From Gemmatimonadota bacterium (GTDB lineage: Bacteria > Gemmatimonadota > Gemmatimonadetes > Gemmatimonadales > GWC2-71-9), in contig JBGQKD010000018.1 of assembly GCA_041499375.1 (NCBI GenBank), positions 212 through 64,211 of the forward strand: a stretch of 64,000 nucleotides of DNA. The letters are read 5' to 3'. This document shows positions 8,912 to 21,021 of the stretch, piece by piece. Each line of letters begins with the position of its first letter. The stretch's first letter is position 1. A program made the translations under genes and the position numbers. The notes below the pieces were generated by a model. It had not been told where the DNA came from. It searched no databases and saw nothing but the letters and a program-made list of their open reading frames with translations.

Positions 8912-10232
8912 TCTTCGTCGCCTCGTCCCACGTCACCGTCGTGCGCCGGAAGTACGCCTCGTTCGCCATGTGACACGCGAGCGCGGCGTTGTGCCCGAAG
9001 ACCACGTCCTCGACCACCGGTTTCCGCGTGCGCACCGCTTCGAAGTAATTCCACAGGTGCGGCCGCGTGTCATCGAAGTCCGGAGTGCTGAACGACACGG
9101 TTTCGGTCAGCGGCGGCGCCTGGCCCGCCTGCAGGTCGTGCTCCTTATGCCACTGCGCGTCGTACGCCTGGCGCAGCTTGCCCGGATAGCTGCCGGTGTA
9201 GTAGCTCGGCCAATGGTCCTTGCCGTCTTGCGGTGAGAACGAGAGCGTGTTGCCGGACACCTCGAGCACGCCCTTCGATCCCTGGATCCGGTACTGCTCG
9301 GGCATCTCGGTTCCCAGGTTCAGCCGCATGTACACGGGGAGATCGGTCGCGCCGTAGTAGTACATCGTGGCGTGCACGTCGGGCATGTTGCGGCCGTCTT
9401 TCCAGCGCCGGATGCCGCCCATCGACGCGGCCTGCTTCGGCGGCTCGTTGATGCCGAGCATGAACTGCATGCCGCTGATCAGATGAACGAGGAGATCGCC
9501 GGCGACGCCGGTGCCGTATTCCTTCCAGCAGCGCCAGCGCGCAAAGATGTTGGGGTCGAGCGGGCGCTTCGGAACGTCGTTCTGCCACGTGTCCCAGTCG
9601 AGCGTCTGCAGCGAAAGATCGGGCGGCGGCGGATACTCCCACGCGCCCGTTGGATCGTTGCGGCCGAGCCAGCCTTCGACGAGGGTCAGGTCCCCCAGCA
9701 TGCCCTGCGCGATCATGTCCTTCGCCTTCGCGCAAATCTGCGAGCTGACCCGCTGCGAGCCGACCTGCAAAATGCGCCCGCTCTTTTTCACGGCGTCTAC
9801 CATCGCGACGCCGTCGGCGGCGGAATGGGACATCGGCTTCTCGATGTAGATGTCCTTCCCCGCACTCACCGCCTCGACGACCATGCGCCGGTGCCAGTGA
9901 TCGGGGACCGCGGCGACGATGCAATCGATTGTTTTGTCGTCGAGCAGCCGGCGATACTCTCGCGTCGTGGGCAGATCGGGCCGCACGATTTCCTTGGCCA
10001 GCGTGTGGCGGCCGTCGTAGAGGTCAGCGGCACCGGCGCACGTGACGCCGGGCAGTTGGATCGACGTCCCGAGCAGCCCCGAGCCCTGCATGCCCACGCC
10101 CACCATCCCGAAGCGAACGGTGTCGCTGGGGGCAAGAGCGCGGAACTTGAACGGCTGGGCGGCGAGCGACACACCGGCGGCGGCGGCGCTAGCCTCGAGG
10201 AATTCGCGGCGGGACCAGGTGGGTTTCTTCAT
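8898..10232 (-). CDS. Gfo/Idh/MocA-family oxidoreductase with Tat signal
   Basis: N-terminal SRREFL twin-arginine motif, Rossmann-type FGMVGVGMQG, 444 aa. Confidence 0.85.
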   Translation of the reverse strand: MKKPTWSRREFLEASAAAAGVSLAAQPFKFRALAPSDTVRFGMVGVGMQGSGLLGTSIQLPGVTCAGAADLYDGRHTLAKEIVRPDLPTTREYRRLLDDKTIDCIVAAVPDHWHRRMVVEAVSAGKDIYIEKPMSHSAADGVAMVDAVKKSGRILQVGSQRVSSQICAKAKDMIAQGMLGDLTLVEGWLGRNDPTGAWEYPPPPDLSLQTLDWDTWQNDVPKRPLDPNIFARWRCWKEYGTGVAGDLLVHLISGMQFMLGINEPPKQAASMGGIRRWKDGRNMPDVHATMYYYGATDLPVYMRLNLGTEMPEQYRIQGSKGVLEVSGNTLSFSPQDGKDHWPSYYTGSYPGKLRQAYDAQWHKEHDLQAGQAPPLTETVSFSTPDFDDTRPHLWNYFEAVRTRKPVVEDVVFGHNAALACHMANEAYFRRTTVTWDEATKTIRS

Positions 10233-10292
10233 GGCGAGTCTCCCTGAAATGCGGGTTGAGCCGCCTATTATGGCCGCCGATCTTGCCTTGCG

Positions 10293-11117
10293 CTATCGCG
10301 CGGGATAGGTCCCAAGAACGCGGATACCGAACGTGAACCCTCGTAATTCCTCGAGCGCTGCTTCGATGCCCTGCCCCGTGTCCACGACGTCAAGATAGAA
10401 CAGGTACTCCCACGGACGGCCGGGCAGCGGCCGCGACTCGATCTTCGTCAGGTTCAATCCGCGAGCGGCGAACACGCCCAACGCCCGGTACAGCGTGCCC
10501 GGCGTGTTGCCCAGGGAAAGAATCAACGAGGTCTTATTCGAATGCGCCGGCTCGCGCGCTGCCGGCTCCCGCTCCACCACGAGAAATCGCGTGTAGTTCT
10601 CGGCGTGATCCTCGAGCCCCTCCTCGAGCACCGCCGCGCCGTACAGCTCCGCCGCTAACTTGGACGCGATCGCGGCTTCTGCATCCGCACTTCCCGTCAT
10701 GAGATCGCGCACACTGCCCGCCGTGTCGTACGCCGGCACGGCCACGAGATCGGGGTGCGTGGCAAAGAAGCGGCGGCATTGGGCCAGCGCGACCGGGTGT
10801 GACGCGACGCGGCGCACGTCGGGCAACCGGGTGCGCGGGGACGCGATCAGGCAATGACGAATGCGCAGCTCCGTCTCTGCGACGACGTGCAGCGCGTGGG
10901 CACTCAACAGGTCGTAATTCTCGTGCACCGACCCGGCGAGTGTGTTCTCGATCGGCACGACGCCGCTCGTCGCGTCGCCGCCTTCGACCGCGCGGAACAG
11001 ATCCACGAACGTCGCGCAGGGCACGAGCCGGATGACGGCGCCGTGGGTCTCGAGCGCCGCAGCGTGACTGAACGATCCCGCCTCGCCCTGGATCGCGACG
11101 GCCCCCCCGTCAGGCAT
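10293..11117 (-). CDS. pheA: prephenate dehydratase (PDT plus ACT domains, no chorismate mutase domain)
   Basis: 274 aa. TRFLVV and ESRP motifs. Overlaps the ilvD stop by 8 nt. Confidence 0.9.
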   Translation of the reverse strand: MPDGGAVAIQGEAGSFSHAAALETHGAVIRLVPCATFVDLFRAVEGGDATSGVVPIENTLAGSVHENYDLLSAHALHVVAETELRIRHCLIASPRTRLPDVRRVASHPVALAQCRRFFATHPDLVAVPAYDTAGSVRDLMTGSADAEAAIASKLAAELYGAAVLEEGLEDHAENYTRFLVVEREPAAREPAHSNKTSLILSLGNTPGTLYRALGVFAARGLNLTKIESRPLPGRPWEYLFYLDVVDTGQGIEAALEELRGFTFGIRVLGTYPAR

Positions 11118-12786
11118 CGGTCACCGCCCCGTGACTGCTGCTCGAGACCAGCCGGGCGTATTTCGCCAGCACGCCGGTCGTGTAGCGCGGGGCCGGCGCT
11201 TTCCATTTCGCGCGCCGCGCCGCAAGCTCGCGCTCGGCGACGTTGATGCGCAGCTCCCCGCGGCCCGCGTCGATCGTGATCGAGTCGCCCTCACGCACCA
11301 GCGCCAGCGGCCCGCCCAGCGCCGCCTCGGGCGCGACATGGCCCACGACGAGCCCATGCGTGCCACCGGAGAACCGGCCGTCCGTGATCAGGCCGACGGT
11401 TTGGCCGAGCCCTGCCCCGATCAGCGCCGCCGTCGGTGCCAGCATCTCGCGCATCCCCGGCCCGCCCTTCGGCCCCTCGTACCGAATCACGATGACGTCG
11501 CCCCCATGAATACTGCCGGCCAGAATGGCGGCGAGACACGCCTCCTCGGAATCGAAGACGCGGGCCGGACCGGTGATGTCGTGAGCGCCGTGGCCACTCA
11601 CCTTCGCGACCGCGCCGTCTGGTGCGAGGTTGCCGCGCAGGATGACGATGTGCCCCTGCGGCGCCAGCGGCCGATCCCACGGCCGGATCACGTCCTGATC
11701 GGGCGACGGACGCGCCGGCACGTCCTTGAGCACCTCGGCGACGGTGCGGCCGTCGATCGTGAGCGCGTCGCCGTGCAGGACACCGTTCGCGTACAGGATG
11801 CGCATCACCTGCGGAATCCCGCCGGCGCGGTGCAGATCGGTGGCGACGTAGCGCCCTGAGGGCTTGAGGTCGCACAGCACCGGCACGCGCGGGCGCAGCT
11901 TCTCGAAATCCTCGAGCGCCAACGGCACACCCGCCGCGTGCGCGATGGCGAGCAGGTGCAGCACGGCGTTGGTCGATCCGCCGATCGCCATCACCACCGC
12001 GATTGCGTTCTCGAACGCCTTCTTGGTCAGGATCTGGCGCGGCAGGCGCCGCGCGCGCACCGCTTCGAAGAGGACCTGCGCCGAGCGGGCCGCGCTGTCC
12101 GAGGTCTCTTGATCGACGGCCGCCATGGTGGATGACCCAGGGAGGCTCATGCCCATGGCCTCGATGGCCGCGGACATCGTGTTTGCGGTGAACATGCCGC
12201 CGCACGAGCCCGCGCCGGGACAGGCGCGACGCTCGATCTCCAGCAGCTCGTCCTGCGGCATGCGCCCCGCCCCTGCTGCCCCCACCGCTTCGAACACACT
12301 CACCACCGTGAGATCCTGCCCGGCGTAGTGACCGGGCTTGATCGTGCCGCCGTAGACGAAGATCGCCGGGATGTCGAGCCGCGCGATCGCGATCATCGCG
12401 CCGGGCATGTTCTTGTCGCAGCCGCCGATCGCGAGCAGCCCGTCCATGCGCTGCGCGCCGCACACCGTCTCGATCGAATCGGCGATCACCTCGCGCGACA
12501 CGAGCGAATAGCGCATCCCCTCCGTGCCCATCGAAATGCCGTCGCTGACGGTGATCGTTCCGAAGGTCTGGGGCATGGCGCCGGCCTGCCGCAACGCCTG
12601 TTCGGCGCGGCGCGCAAACCGATCGAGCCCGGCATTGCACGGCGTGATCGTGCTGTGCGCGCTCGCAATCCCGACGATCGGCTTCCCAAAGTCGCCGTCC
12701 TTGAATCCCACTGCGCGTAGCATGGCGCGATTGGGCGCGCGCTCGAGCCCCTCGGTGATCGCCTTGCTGCGAAAGTTGTCGCTCAC
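11110..12786 (-). CDS. ilvD: dihydroxy-acid dehydratase
   Basis: Canonical IlvD sequence ([23 protein letters not shown]). I place the start at GTG 12786, which overlaps the leuB stop as GTGA. Confidence 0.93.
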   Translation of the reverse strand: MSDNFRSKAITEGLERAPNRAMLRAVGFKDGDFGKPIVGIASAHSTITPCNAGLDRFARRAEQALRQAGAMPQTFGTITVSDGISMGTEGMRYSLVSREVIADSIETVCGAQRMDGLLAIGGCDKNMPGAMIAIARLDIPAIFVYGGTIKPGHYAGQDLTVVSVFEAVGAAGAGRMPQDELLEIERRACPGAGSCGGMFTANTMSAAIEAMGMSLPGSSTMAAVDQETSDSAARSAQVLFEAVRARRLPRQILTKKAFENAIAVVMAIGGSTNAVLHLLAIAHAAGVPLALEDFEKLRPRVPVLCDLKPSGRYVATDLHRAGGIPQVMRILYANGVLHGDALTIDGRTVAEVLKDVPARPSPDQDVIRPWDRPLAPQGHIVILRGNLAPDGAVAKVSGHGAHDITGPARVFDSEEACLAAILAGSIHGGDVIVIRYEGPKGGPGMREMLAPTAALIGAGLGQTVGLITDGRFSGGTHGLVVGHVAPEAALGGPLALVREGDSITIDAGRGELRINVAERELAARRAKWKAPAPRYTTGVLAKYARLVSSSSHGAVTDA

Positions 12787-13868
12787 GACAATCCCTCGAG
12801 TGCCTCGGCCACGACCAGCTCCGCGATCCGCGCACCCATCTCCGTCGTTCCGATCCACTGTTCACCGCGCAGCGCGACATCCTGCGTGCGCGCGCCCGCA
12901 TCGAGCGCCGCGGCGATCGCATCGTCCACCGCGTCGGCGGCGTCCGGCTGCTTGAGACCATGGCGCAAGAGCAGCGCGACGGTGGCGATGGCTCCGATCG
13001 GGTTGGCCACGTCGCGCCCGGCGAGGGGCGGAGCCGATCCGTGCACCGGCTCGAAGAGACCGGGTCCCGACCCGAGCGACGCCGACGGCAAGAGGCCGAG
13101 CGAGCCCGCCAGGACGGCGGCCTCATCGCTGAGGATGTCGCCGAACATGTTCTCCGTCAGCAGCACGTCGAAGGTGGCCGGATCGGAGACCAGCCGCATG
13201 GCGGCGGTGTCGACGTAGGAGTGCTCGAGCCGCACCTCGGGATAGTCGCGCGCGACGCGGGTCACGGTTTCGCGCCACAGCTGCGATACCTCGAGCACGT
13301 TCGCCTTGTCCACGGACGTGACGAGCCGCCGGCGTCCCCGGGCCGTCTCGAACGCGACCTGCGCCACGCGGTCGATCTCGGAGGCGCTATACGCGAGAGT
13401 GTTCACCGCACTCGAGCCGCGACGCCCGCGCGGCTCTCCATAGTAGAGCCCACCAGTCAGCTCGCGGACGACGAGGAGATCGACGCCGCGCAGCCGTTCC
13501 GGCTTCAGTGGCGAGCAATACAGCAGCGCCTGATGCACCGTAACCGGCCGTAGATTGGCATAGACATCCAACAACTTTCGCAACGCAAGCAGGCCAGTTT
13601 CTGGACGCAACTCGCGGGGCGCGTTGTCCAGCGACGGATCGCCCACCGCTCCGAGCAACACCGCGTCGCTCTTCACGACCGCGGCGCGCGTCTCGGCCGG
13701 CAACGGGTTGTTCGCCACTCGGACCGCGGCCGCACCGATCGGGAACGTCGCGAGCGCAAACCGCAGGTCGAAACGCTCGCCCACGGCCTCGAGCACCCGC
13801 ACCGCCTGTGCGATCACCTCGGGCCCGATGCCGTCGCCCGGCAGTACGGCGATGCGATACGTCTTCAT
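12783..13868 (-). CDS. leuB: 3-isopropylmalate dehydrogenase
   Basis: 361 aa. [13 protein letters not shown] and [10 protein letters not shown] motifs. Confidence 0.95.
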   Translation of the reverse strand: MKTYRIAVLPGDGIGPEVIAQAVRVLEAVGERFDLRFALATFPIGAAAVRVANNPLPAETRAAVVKSDAVLLGAVGDPSLDNAPRELRPETGLLALRKLLDVYANLRPVTVHQALLYCSPLKPERLRGVDLLVVRELTGGLYYGEPRGRRGSSAVNTLAYSASEIDRVAQVAFETARGRRRLVTSVDKANVLEVSQLWRETVTRVARDYPEVRLEHSYVDTAAMRLVSDPATFDVLLTENMFGDILSDEAAVLAGSLGLLPSASLGSGPGLFEPVHGSAPPLAGRDVANPIGAIATVALLLRHGLKQPDAADAVDDAIAAALDAGARTQDVALRGEQWIGTTEMGARIAELVVAEALEGLS

Positions 13869-14431
13869 GCGTGACTCCGCTCATACGCGGCGATGCTCGG
13901 CTCTTCGAGCAGGGTTCGGCCGATCTCGTCGAGTCCGCGCAGCAGCAGCTCGCGGCCGTACGGATCGGGACTGAAGCGCGTCGAGTAGCCGCGGTCATCC
14001 GATACGCTGCACTGCTCGAGGTCCACATCGACCTCGTACGAACCGCCTGCAGCGCGTCCGAGCAATACCTCAACGTCGGCCGCGGGCAGCTGCACCGGCA
14101 GGACGCCGTTGTGATAGCAGTTGGCCAGAAAGATGTCGGCGAATGACGGCGCGATGATGGCGCGGAAGCCATACTGCGCGAGCGCCCAGACGGCATGCTC
14201 ACGCGAGGATCCGCAGCCGAAGTTTGCGCCGGTCACGAGGATCGTCGCGCCCTGCGCCTCCGGGCGATTGAGCTCGAAGTTCGGATCTGCGCGCCAGTCA
14301 TAGAACAGGCTCGCACCGAACCCCGTGCGATCGACGCCCTTGAGGAACTGCTTCGGGATGATCTGATCGGTGTCCACGTCGCGGCGCGGCAACGCCGCGG
14401 CCTTCCCCCGATGCCGCACGAAAGGAGTCAT
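13865..14431 (-). CDS. leuD: 3-isopropylmalate dehydratase small subunit
   Basis: GANFGCGSSREHA motif. ATG at 14431 lies 4 nt after the leuC stop codon. ATGA overlap with leuB. Confidence 0.92.
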   Translation of the reverse strand: MTPFVRHRGKAAALPRRDVDTDQIIPKQFLKGVDRTGFGASLFYDWRADPNFELNRPEAQGATILVTGANFGCGSSREHAVWALAQYGFRAIIAPSFADIFLANCYHNGVLPVQLPAADVEVLLGRAAGGSYEVDVDLEQCSVSDDRGYSTRFSPDPYGRELLLRGLDEIGRTLLEEPSIAAYERSHA

Positions 14432-14435
14432 TGCG

Positions 14436-15830
14436 TCACCATCCGCGCACATCTACGAGACGCCCCTCGATCGCAGCGGCGGCCGCCATCACGGGACTCA
14501 TGAGATGCGTGCGCCCGCCCCGGCCCTGGCGGCCTTCGAAATTGCGGTTGGACGTCGCCGCACAGCGCTCGCCGGCACCCAGCACGTCGGCATTCATGCC
14601 GAGGCACATGGAGCAGCCGGCATTGCGCCACTCGAACCCCGCTTCGCGGAACACGCTGTCCAATCCTTCCTGCTCCGCCTGTGCTTTCACGCGCTGCGAG
14701 CCCGGCACCACCATCGCCCGCACACGCGACGCGACGTGGCGGCCGCGCACGATGTTGGCGGCGGCGCGCAGGTCTTCGATGCGCGCATTCGTGCACGAGC
14801 CGAGAAACACGCGATCGATGGGAATCCCTGCGAGCGGCGTGCCGGGCGTGAGCCCCATGTATTCGAGCGCGCGCGTCGCGGCCTCGCGCTCGTTATCGCT
14901 CGCGAGCTGCGCCGGATCGGGAACGCGGGCGGTGATGTCGGCGACCATGCCGGGCGTCGTGCCCCACGTGACCTGCGGACCCACCGTCGCCGCATCGAGC
15001 CGCACCTGCGCGTCGTAGTGCGCCGTCGGGTCCGAGCGAAACGTCTGCCAGCGCTCCACCGCTTTCGCCCAGGCCGCGCCGCTGGGCGCGCGGGGGCGTC
15101 CCTCGAGGTAGGCGAACGTGACCTCGTCGGGCGCGATCATCCCGGCCCGGGCGCCCGCCTCGATCGACATGTTGCACACCGTCATGCGCTCTTCCATCGA
15201 CAGCGCGCCAATGGCATCGCCGGTGTATTCGATCACGTGGCCGCTCGCGCCTGCCGTGCCGATCTTGCCGATCAGCGCGAGAATCAGATCCTTCGCCGAG
15301 ACACCAGGCGCGCGGCGTCCGGTGATGCGCGCTTCCAGGTTGCGCGGCTTCTTCATCACGATGCATTGCGTCGCGAGCACGTGCTCGACCTCGCTGGTGC
15401 CGATGCCGAGCGCGAACGCCCCGAACGCGCCGTGTGTCGAGGTGTGCGAGTCGCCGCACACGATCACCATGCCCGGCTGGGTTGCCCCCAGCTCGGGACC
15501 AATGACGTGCACGATGCCCTGCCCCGGCGAGTCGAGATCGAACAGCTCGATACCGAATTCCCGGGCGTTGCTGCTGAGCGCATCGACCTGCCGCGCCGCG
15601 ATGGCATCGCCGATGGGCAGCGACCGGTCGCCGGTGGGCACATTGTGATCCACCGTCGCTAGCGTCAGCTCCGGGCGGCGCACGATGCGCTTCTCGCGCT
15701 TGAGGCCCGCAAACGCTTGCGGCGACGTCACCTCGTGGACCAGGTGCAGATCCACGTAGAGGAGCGACACGCCGTCCGCGAGGTCGCGGACGACGTGCGC
15801 ATCCCATACGCGGTCAAACAATGTTCTCAT
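14436..15830 (-). CDS. leuC: 3-isopropylmalate dehydratase large subunit
   Basis: 464 aa aconitase-family protein ([27 protein letters not shown]). Confidence 0.95.
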   Translation of the reverse strand: MRTLFDRVWDAHVVRDLADGVSLLYVDLHLVHEVTSPQAFAGLKREKRIVRRPELTLATVDHNVPTGDRSLPIGDAIAARQVDALSSNAREFGIELFDLDSPGQGIVHVIGPELGATQPGMVIVCGDSHTSTHGAFGAFALGIGTSEVEHVLATQCIVMKKPRNLEARITGRRAPGVSAKDLILALIGKIGTAGASGHVIEYTGDAIGALSMEERMTVCNMSIEAGARAGMIAPDEVTFAYLEGRPRAPSGAAWAKAVERWQTFRSDPTAHYDAQVRLDAATVGPQVTWGTTPGMVADITARVPDPAQLASDNEREAATRALEYMGLTPGTPLAGIPIDRVFLGSCTNARIEDLRAAANIVRGRHVASRVRAMVVPGSQRVKAQAEQEGLDSVFREAGFEWRNAGCSMCLGMNADVLGAGERCAATSNRNFEGRQGRGGRTHLMSPVMAAAAAIEGRLVDVRGW

Positions 15831-16891
15831 GCGGTGGCTGACTCACGCTCAGCAGGGCGATGAGCCTTCGGCTTGGCGCGCTTACCTTCCTCCGTCCACG
15901 GCATCATCGCCCGCAGCCGAGCGCCGACCTGCTCGATCTGCGAGTTCTGCGCGGCGCGGCGCAGCTCGGCGAACCGAGGCGCACCGGCGCGGCATTCCGC
16001 GATCCATTCCTTCGCGAACACGCCGTTGCGGATGTCGGCCAGCAGTTTCCGCATCTCCTCGCGCACCGCGGGGCTGATGACCCGGTCGCCGCGCGTCAGA
16101 TCGCCGTACTCGGCCGTATTGCTGATCGAATGCCGCATGAACCCGAGGCCGCCACGATAGATGAGGTCGACGATCAGCTTCAGCTCGTGCAGACACTCGA
16201 AGTACGCCATCTCCGGGGAGTAGCCTGCCTCGGTCAGCGTCTCGAAGCCGGCCTGAATGAGCGCCGTGACGCCGCCGCACAGCACCGCCTGCTCGCCGAA
16301 CAGATCGGTCTCGGTTTCCTCCGCGAACGTTGTGCCAATCACCCCGGCGCGCGAGCACCCAATCCCCGTCGCGTACGCGAGGGCGTTGGCCAGTGCCTTC
16401 CCGCTGGCGTCCTGGTGGATCGCGACGAGCCCCGGCACGCCCCGCCCCGCCTGATACTCGCTGCGTACCAGATGTCCCGGAGACTTCGGTGCGATCATCG
16501 AGACATCCACACCGGCCGGCGGCACGATTTCGCCAAAGTGAATGTTGAAGCCGTGGGCGAACATCAGTGTCTTCCCGGAACTCCCACCGAGCGCGGGAGC
16601 GACGGAGGCTTCGTAGACCGCACGCTGCTCCTGGTCGGGCACCAGCATCATGATCACGTCGCCCGCTTTAGCGGCTTCGGCGACGGGACGCACATCCAGA
16701 CCATCGGCGGTCGCCTGCTTCCACGAGGCCCCACCGGGCCGGAGGCCGACGATGACCTTCGCACCCGAGTCACGCAGGTTCTGCGCGTGGGCGTGCCCCT
16801 GACTGCCGTATCCGATGATGGCGAACACGCGATCGCGCAGCCGCGCGCGGTCCGTGTCCGCCTCGTAGTACACGCGCACCGATGGGGCCAT
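15827..16891 (-). CDS. ilvC: ketol-acid reductoisomerase (class I)
   Basis: Own ATG at 16891, 4 nt after [25 protein letters not shown] motif. ATGA overlap with leuC. Confidence 0.93.
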   Translation of the reverse strand: MAPSVRVYYEADTDRARLRDRVFAIIGYGSQGHAHAQNLRDSGAKVIVGLRPGGASWKQATADGLDVRPVAEAAKAGDVIMMLVPDQEQRAVYEASVAPALGGSSGKTLMFAHGFNIHFGEIVPPAGVDVSMIAPKSPGHLVRSEYQAGRGVPGLVAIHQDASGKALANALAYATGIGCSRAGVIGTTFAEETETDLFGEQAVLCGGVTALIQAGFETLTEAGYSPEMAYFECLHELKLIVDLIYRGGLGFMRHSISNTAEYGDLTRGDRVISPAVREEMRKLLADIRNGVFAKEWIAECRAGAPRFAELRRAAQNSQIEQVGARLRAMMPWTEEGKRAKPKAHRPAERESATA

Positions 16892-17200
16892 ATCGTCTCC
16901 AGAGGATGAGGATGGGTGTAGGGGCGCAGCATGCTGCGCCCCTACATCGTGTGACGGGCCACGTGAGGACGCAGTAGCCTTGCGGACACCGACCACATTT
17001 TGGATTTGCAGCAGCAGACTCTCGACCGTCGCGTCGTCGGCTTCGATCTCGCACGTCAACCGCCAGACACCGGGCGGGCCGTGCGAGTCGACGGCGAACC
17101 CGCCGAGCGGAAGGTTGCGACGCCGCAGCGCGCCGCACGCACGGCCGAGCGTGAGGAGATCGCTGGTCATCACCACGCTCACCGTGCGGGATTTTTTCAT
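16892..17200 (-). CDS. ilvN: acetolactate synthase small-subunit-like ACT-only ORF with no stop codon of its own (reads in frame into ilvC)
   Basis: ATG 17200 overlaps the ilvB stop (ATGA). An ~80-aa ACT-like segment [30 protein letters not shown]...[14 protein letters not shown] is followed by a 23-codon linker running straight into the ilvC ATG. Confidence 0.6.
16918..16945. repeat. perfect 28-bp palindrome GTAGGGGCGCAGCATGCTGCGCCCCTAC
   Basis: Read directly; the sequence equals its own reverse complement. It lies in the ilvN-ilvC linker. Confidence 0.95.
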
Positions 17201-18885
17201 ACCGGTGCCGCCTCGAGCGGCTCGGACAGCGAGCCACCCGGCACGATCATCGGGAAGACGTTGGCCTCTTGCTCGATGACCAGCTCGACCAACGCCGGCC
17301 CGGGAGCGGCATTGGCCTGCCGCAGCACGTCGCTCACATCGGCTGCCCTGGTGACGCGCCAGCCGGGAATGCCGTAGGCGTCGGCCAGCTTCACGTAGTC
17401 GGGACTCAGGATCGGCGTGTTCGAATACCGGCCGCCGTGGAAGAACTGCTGCCACTGACGGACCATGCCGAGGTAGCCGTTGTTGAAGACGGCGAGCTTC
17501 ACCTCGATCCCTTCCTGCACCATCGTGGCCATCTCGGCCATGTTCATTTGGAATCCGCCGTCGCCGGAGATCGCCCAGACCGGCTCGTCCGGACGGGCGA
17601 GCCGCACCCCCATCGCGGCGGGCACCGCGAAGCCCATCGCGCCCAGGCCACCCGACGTGATGTGCGTATTGGGACGCTGGAACGGGTACCGCTGCGCCAC
17701 CCACATCTGATGCTGTCCCACGTCCGACACTATCGTGCAACGCCCGCCCGTGACATCGGCGAGCGCGGACAGAATCACCTCGGGCGACAGCCCACCGGCG
17801 AACAGCTCCTCGCGATCGTGCTTGAGCCCTTGGATCTCCTCGCGCCAGGGGAGGCAGTCACGCGCGGTCACGATCGACAGCAGCCGCTCGAGTACGCGGC
17901 GCGCGTCGCCCACGATCCCGACGGCCACGGGCACGTTGAGGCCGATCGCGGCCGGGTTTACGTCGATGTGCACGATCTTCGCGCGCGGCGCGAAGGTGGC
18001 GGTGTTGCCGGTCACGCGATCGTCGAACCGCATGCCGATGCCCACGATGAGATCGGCGGCCTGGATGGCCTTGTTGATGTGCACCTCGCCGTGCATGCCC
18101 GGCATGCCGAGGTGTAGGTCATGCGACTGCGGGAATGCGCTGATGCCGAGCAGCGTGGTGATCACCGGGGTGCCGGTGCGCTCCGCGAGCTCCCGCACCT
18201 CCGCGTATGCACCGCTCACGATCACGCCGCGGCCGATCATGAGGAGCGGACGCTCCGCCTGGGCGATGAGTTGTGCGGTTTGCTGGATCGCGTTCTCGAG
18301 TTCCTGGGTGTCAGGTATCAGGTGTCTGGGCTTCCCTAGCCCCTGACCCCCAGCACCCAACCCCTTGTACTCCGCCTTCTGGTTCTGAACGTCTTTCGGA
18401 ACGTCCACGAGCACGGGGCCGGGCCGCCCCTCCATCGCGATCGCCATGGCCTCACGCACGTCCTCGGCCAGATCTTCGATGTCGCGCACGAGCACGTTGT
18501 GCTTGGTGACGGGGAGCGTCACACCGACGACGTCGGTCTCCTGAAACGCATCGCGGCCCAGCATCGGCCGCCCCACCTGACCGGTGATCGCGAGTACCGG
18601 CGAGCCGTCCATGTACGCCGTCGCCAGTCCGGTGACGAGATTGGTGGCGCCCGGGCCGGACGTCGCCACGCAGACGCCCACGCGGTTGCTCGCGCGCGCA
18701 TAGCCGTCCGCCGCATGCGCGGCCGCCTGCTCGTGGCGCACGAGGATGTGGCGCAGCCCGGCGTGGCCGTGGAGCGCGTCGTAAAACGGCATGATGGCGC
18801 CGCCGGGGTAGCCGAACATCACCTCGACTCCCGCATCTACCAGTGTGCGGCAAATGATCTGCGCGCCGGTCAGGAGCTCGCTCAT
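17197..18885 (-). CDS. ilvB: acetolactate synthase large subunit (biosynthetic, ThDP-dependent)
   Basis: 562 aa. [15 protein letters not shown]-terminus and GDGGFQMN ThDP motif. Confidence 0.95.
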   Translation of the reverse strand: MSELLTGAQIICRTLVDAGVEVMFGYPGGAIMPFYDALHGHAGLRHILVRHEQAAAHAADGYARASNRVGVCVATSGPGATNLVTGLATAYMDGSPVLAITGQVGRPMLGRDAFQETDVVGVTLPVTKHNVLVRDIEDLAEDVREAMAIAMEGRPGPVLVDVPKDVQNQKAEYKGLGAGGQGLGKPRHLIPDTQELENAIQQTAQLIAQAERPLLMIGRGVIVSGAYAEVRELAERTGTPVITTLLGISAFPQSHDLHLGMPGMHGEVHINKAIQAADLIVGIGMRFDDRVTGNTATFAPRAKIVHIDVNPAAIGLNVPVAVGIVGDARRVLERLLSIVTARDCLPWREEIQGLKHDREELFAGGLSPEVILSALADVTGGRCTIVSDVGQHQMWVAQRYPFQRPNTHITSGGLGAMGFAVPAAMGVRLARPDEPVWAISGDGGFQMNMAEMATMVQEGIEVKLAVFNNGYLGMVRQWQQFFHGGRYSNTPILSPDYVKLADAYGIPGWRVTRAADVSDVLRQANAAPGPALVELVIEQEANVFPMIVPGGSLSEPLEAAPV

Positions 18886-18888
18886 GAG

Positions 18889-20442
<1,554 letters not shown>

Positions 20443-20461
20443 GGCTCTCCTCCGCGGTGGG

Positions 20462-20494
20462 AAAAAAAAGACCGCGAACCTGGTGGGTTCGCGG
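20462..20494 (-). terminator. intrinsic terminator of the leu/ilv leader (attenuator)
   Basis: Minus strand reads CCGCGAACC-caccA-GGTTCGCGG followed by cTTTTTTTT, ending ~20 nt before the leuA ATG. Confidence 0.75.
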
Positions 20495-20529
20495 CGCCGG
20501 TGCTGCTTCGTCCTACTTTCGAGCGACTT

Positions 20530-20625
20530 CTAGATTCTTACCTCCGCGCGCGCCGCGACCCCCCTGCTGAGTGTAAGGCTCAGCAGCAGAACGAGGGCGA
20601 GCAGGAGCAGAGACATTGGGCTCAT
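20530..20625 (-). CDS. Leu-rich leader peptide (31 aa) of the leuA operon
   Basis: MSPMSLLLLALVLLLSLTLSRGVAARAEVRI*. It has 10 Leu, 3 Val and 1 Ile. It sits between a TTGACA -35-like box and the terminator. No obvious SD. Confidence 0.6.
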   Translation of the reverse strand: MSPMSLLLLALVLLLSLTLSRGVAARAEVRI

Positions 20626-20778
20626 TTGACTACGGTCAATCTCCACTCGGGCCCTCGCCTGTCAAGTGAGGGTGGAGGGCGGGCGAGGGTTGGTGGAGGT
20701 CCGCCCCCCCCCCACACCCTCTGAAAACTCACCCCGTTCTTCCTGTTTTCGCCTGTCAAAAGCACTCAGCAGCTTGTA

Positions 20779-20850
20779 ATCCTGAGCGAAGCGCGCGGAG
20801 CGAAGGATCCGCTTCAAAAGCAGATCCTTCGCGCCTGCGGCGCTCAGGAT
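20779..20850. repeat. REP/MITE-like long imperfect hairpin
   Basis: ATCCTGAGCG...CGAAGGATC pairs with GATCCTTCG...CGCTCAGGAT around a short loop. Lies between the leu promoter region and the tRNA-Thr 3' end. Confidence 0.7.
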
Positions 20851-20905
20851 GACATGCGCGCTGGCTGTGCTGAGCAAGAAAGGAAGAAAAAGAAGGTCTT
20901 TTCAG

Positions 20906-20977
20906 AGCCACCGGTCGGATTTGAACCGACGACCGCTCGATTACGAATCGAGAGCTCTACCACTGAGCTACGGTGGC
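20906..20977 (-). tRNA. tRNA-Thr (anticodon CGT)
   Basis: Hand-folded cloverleaf: acceptor GCCACCG/CGGTGGC, D arm GCTC-AGTGGTA-GAGC, anticodon arm CTCGA-TTCGTAA-TCGAG, T arm GTCGG-TTCAAAT-CCGAC. CCA is not encoded. Confidence 0.92.
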
Positions 20978-20980
20978 GGT
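20939..20980. repeat. 42-bp direct repeat, left copy (tRNA-Thr nt 1-~40 plus 3 nt of 5' flank), candidate att site
   Basis: Identical 42-mer GATTACGAATCGAGAGCTCTACCACTGAGCTACGGTGGCGGT also occurs at 38903-38944. Confidence 0.9.
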
Positions 20981-21021
20981 CATGTGTTCGAACGACTTAT
21001 GGACTTGGTCGGGAACTCTAC

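Noticed and set aside
15827-17740. 637-aa ORF in the track spanning the ilvB 3' end, ilvN and ilvC
   Set aside because: The first 180 codons are an out-of-frame shadow of ilvB (Arg/Gly/Ala-rich, no motifs). Only the part from ATG 17200 onward is biologically meaningful, and I report it separately.
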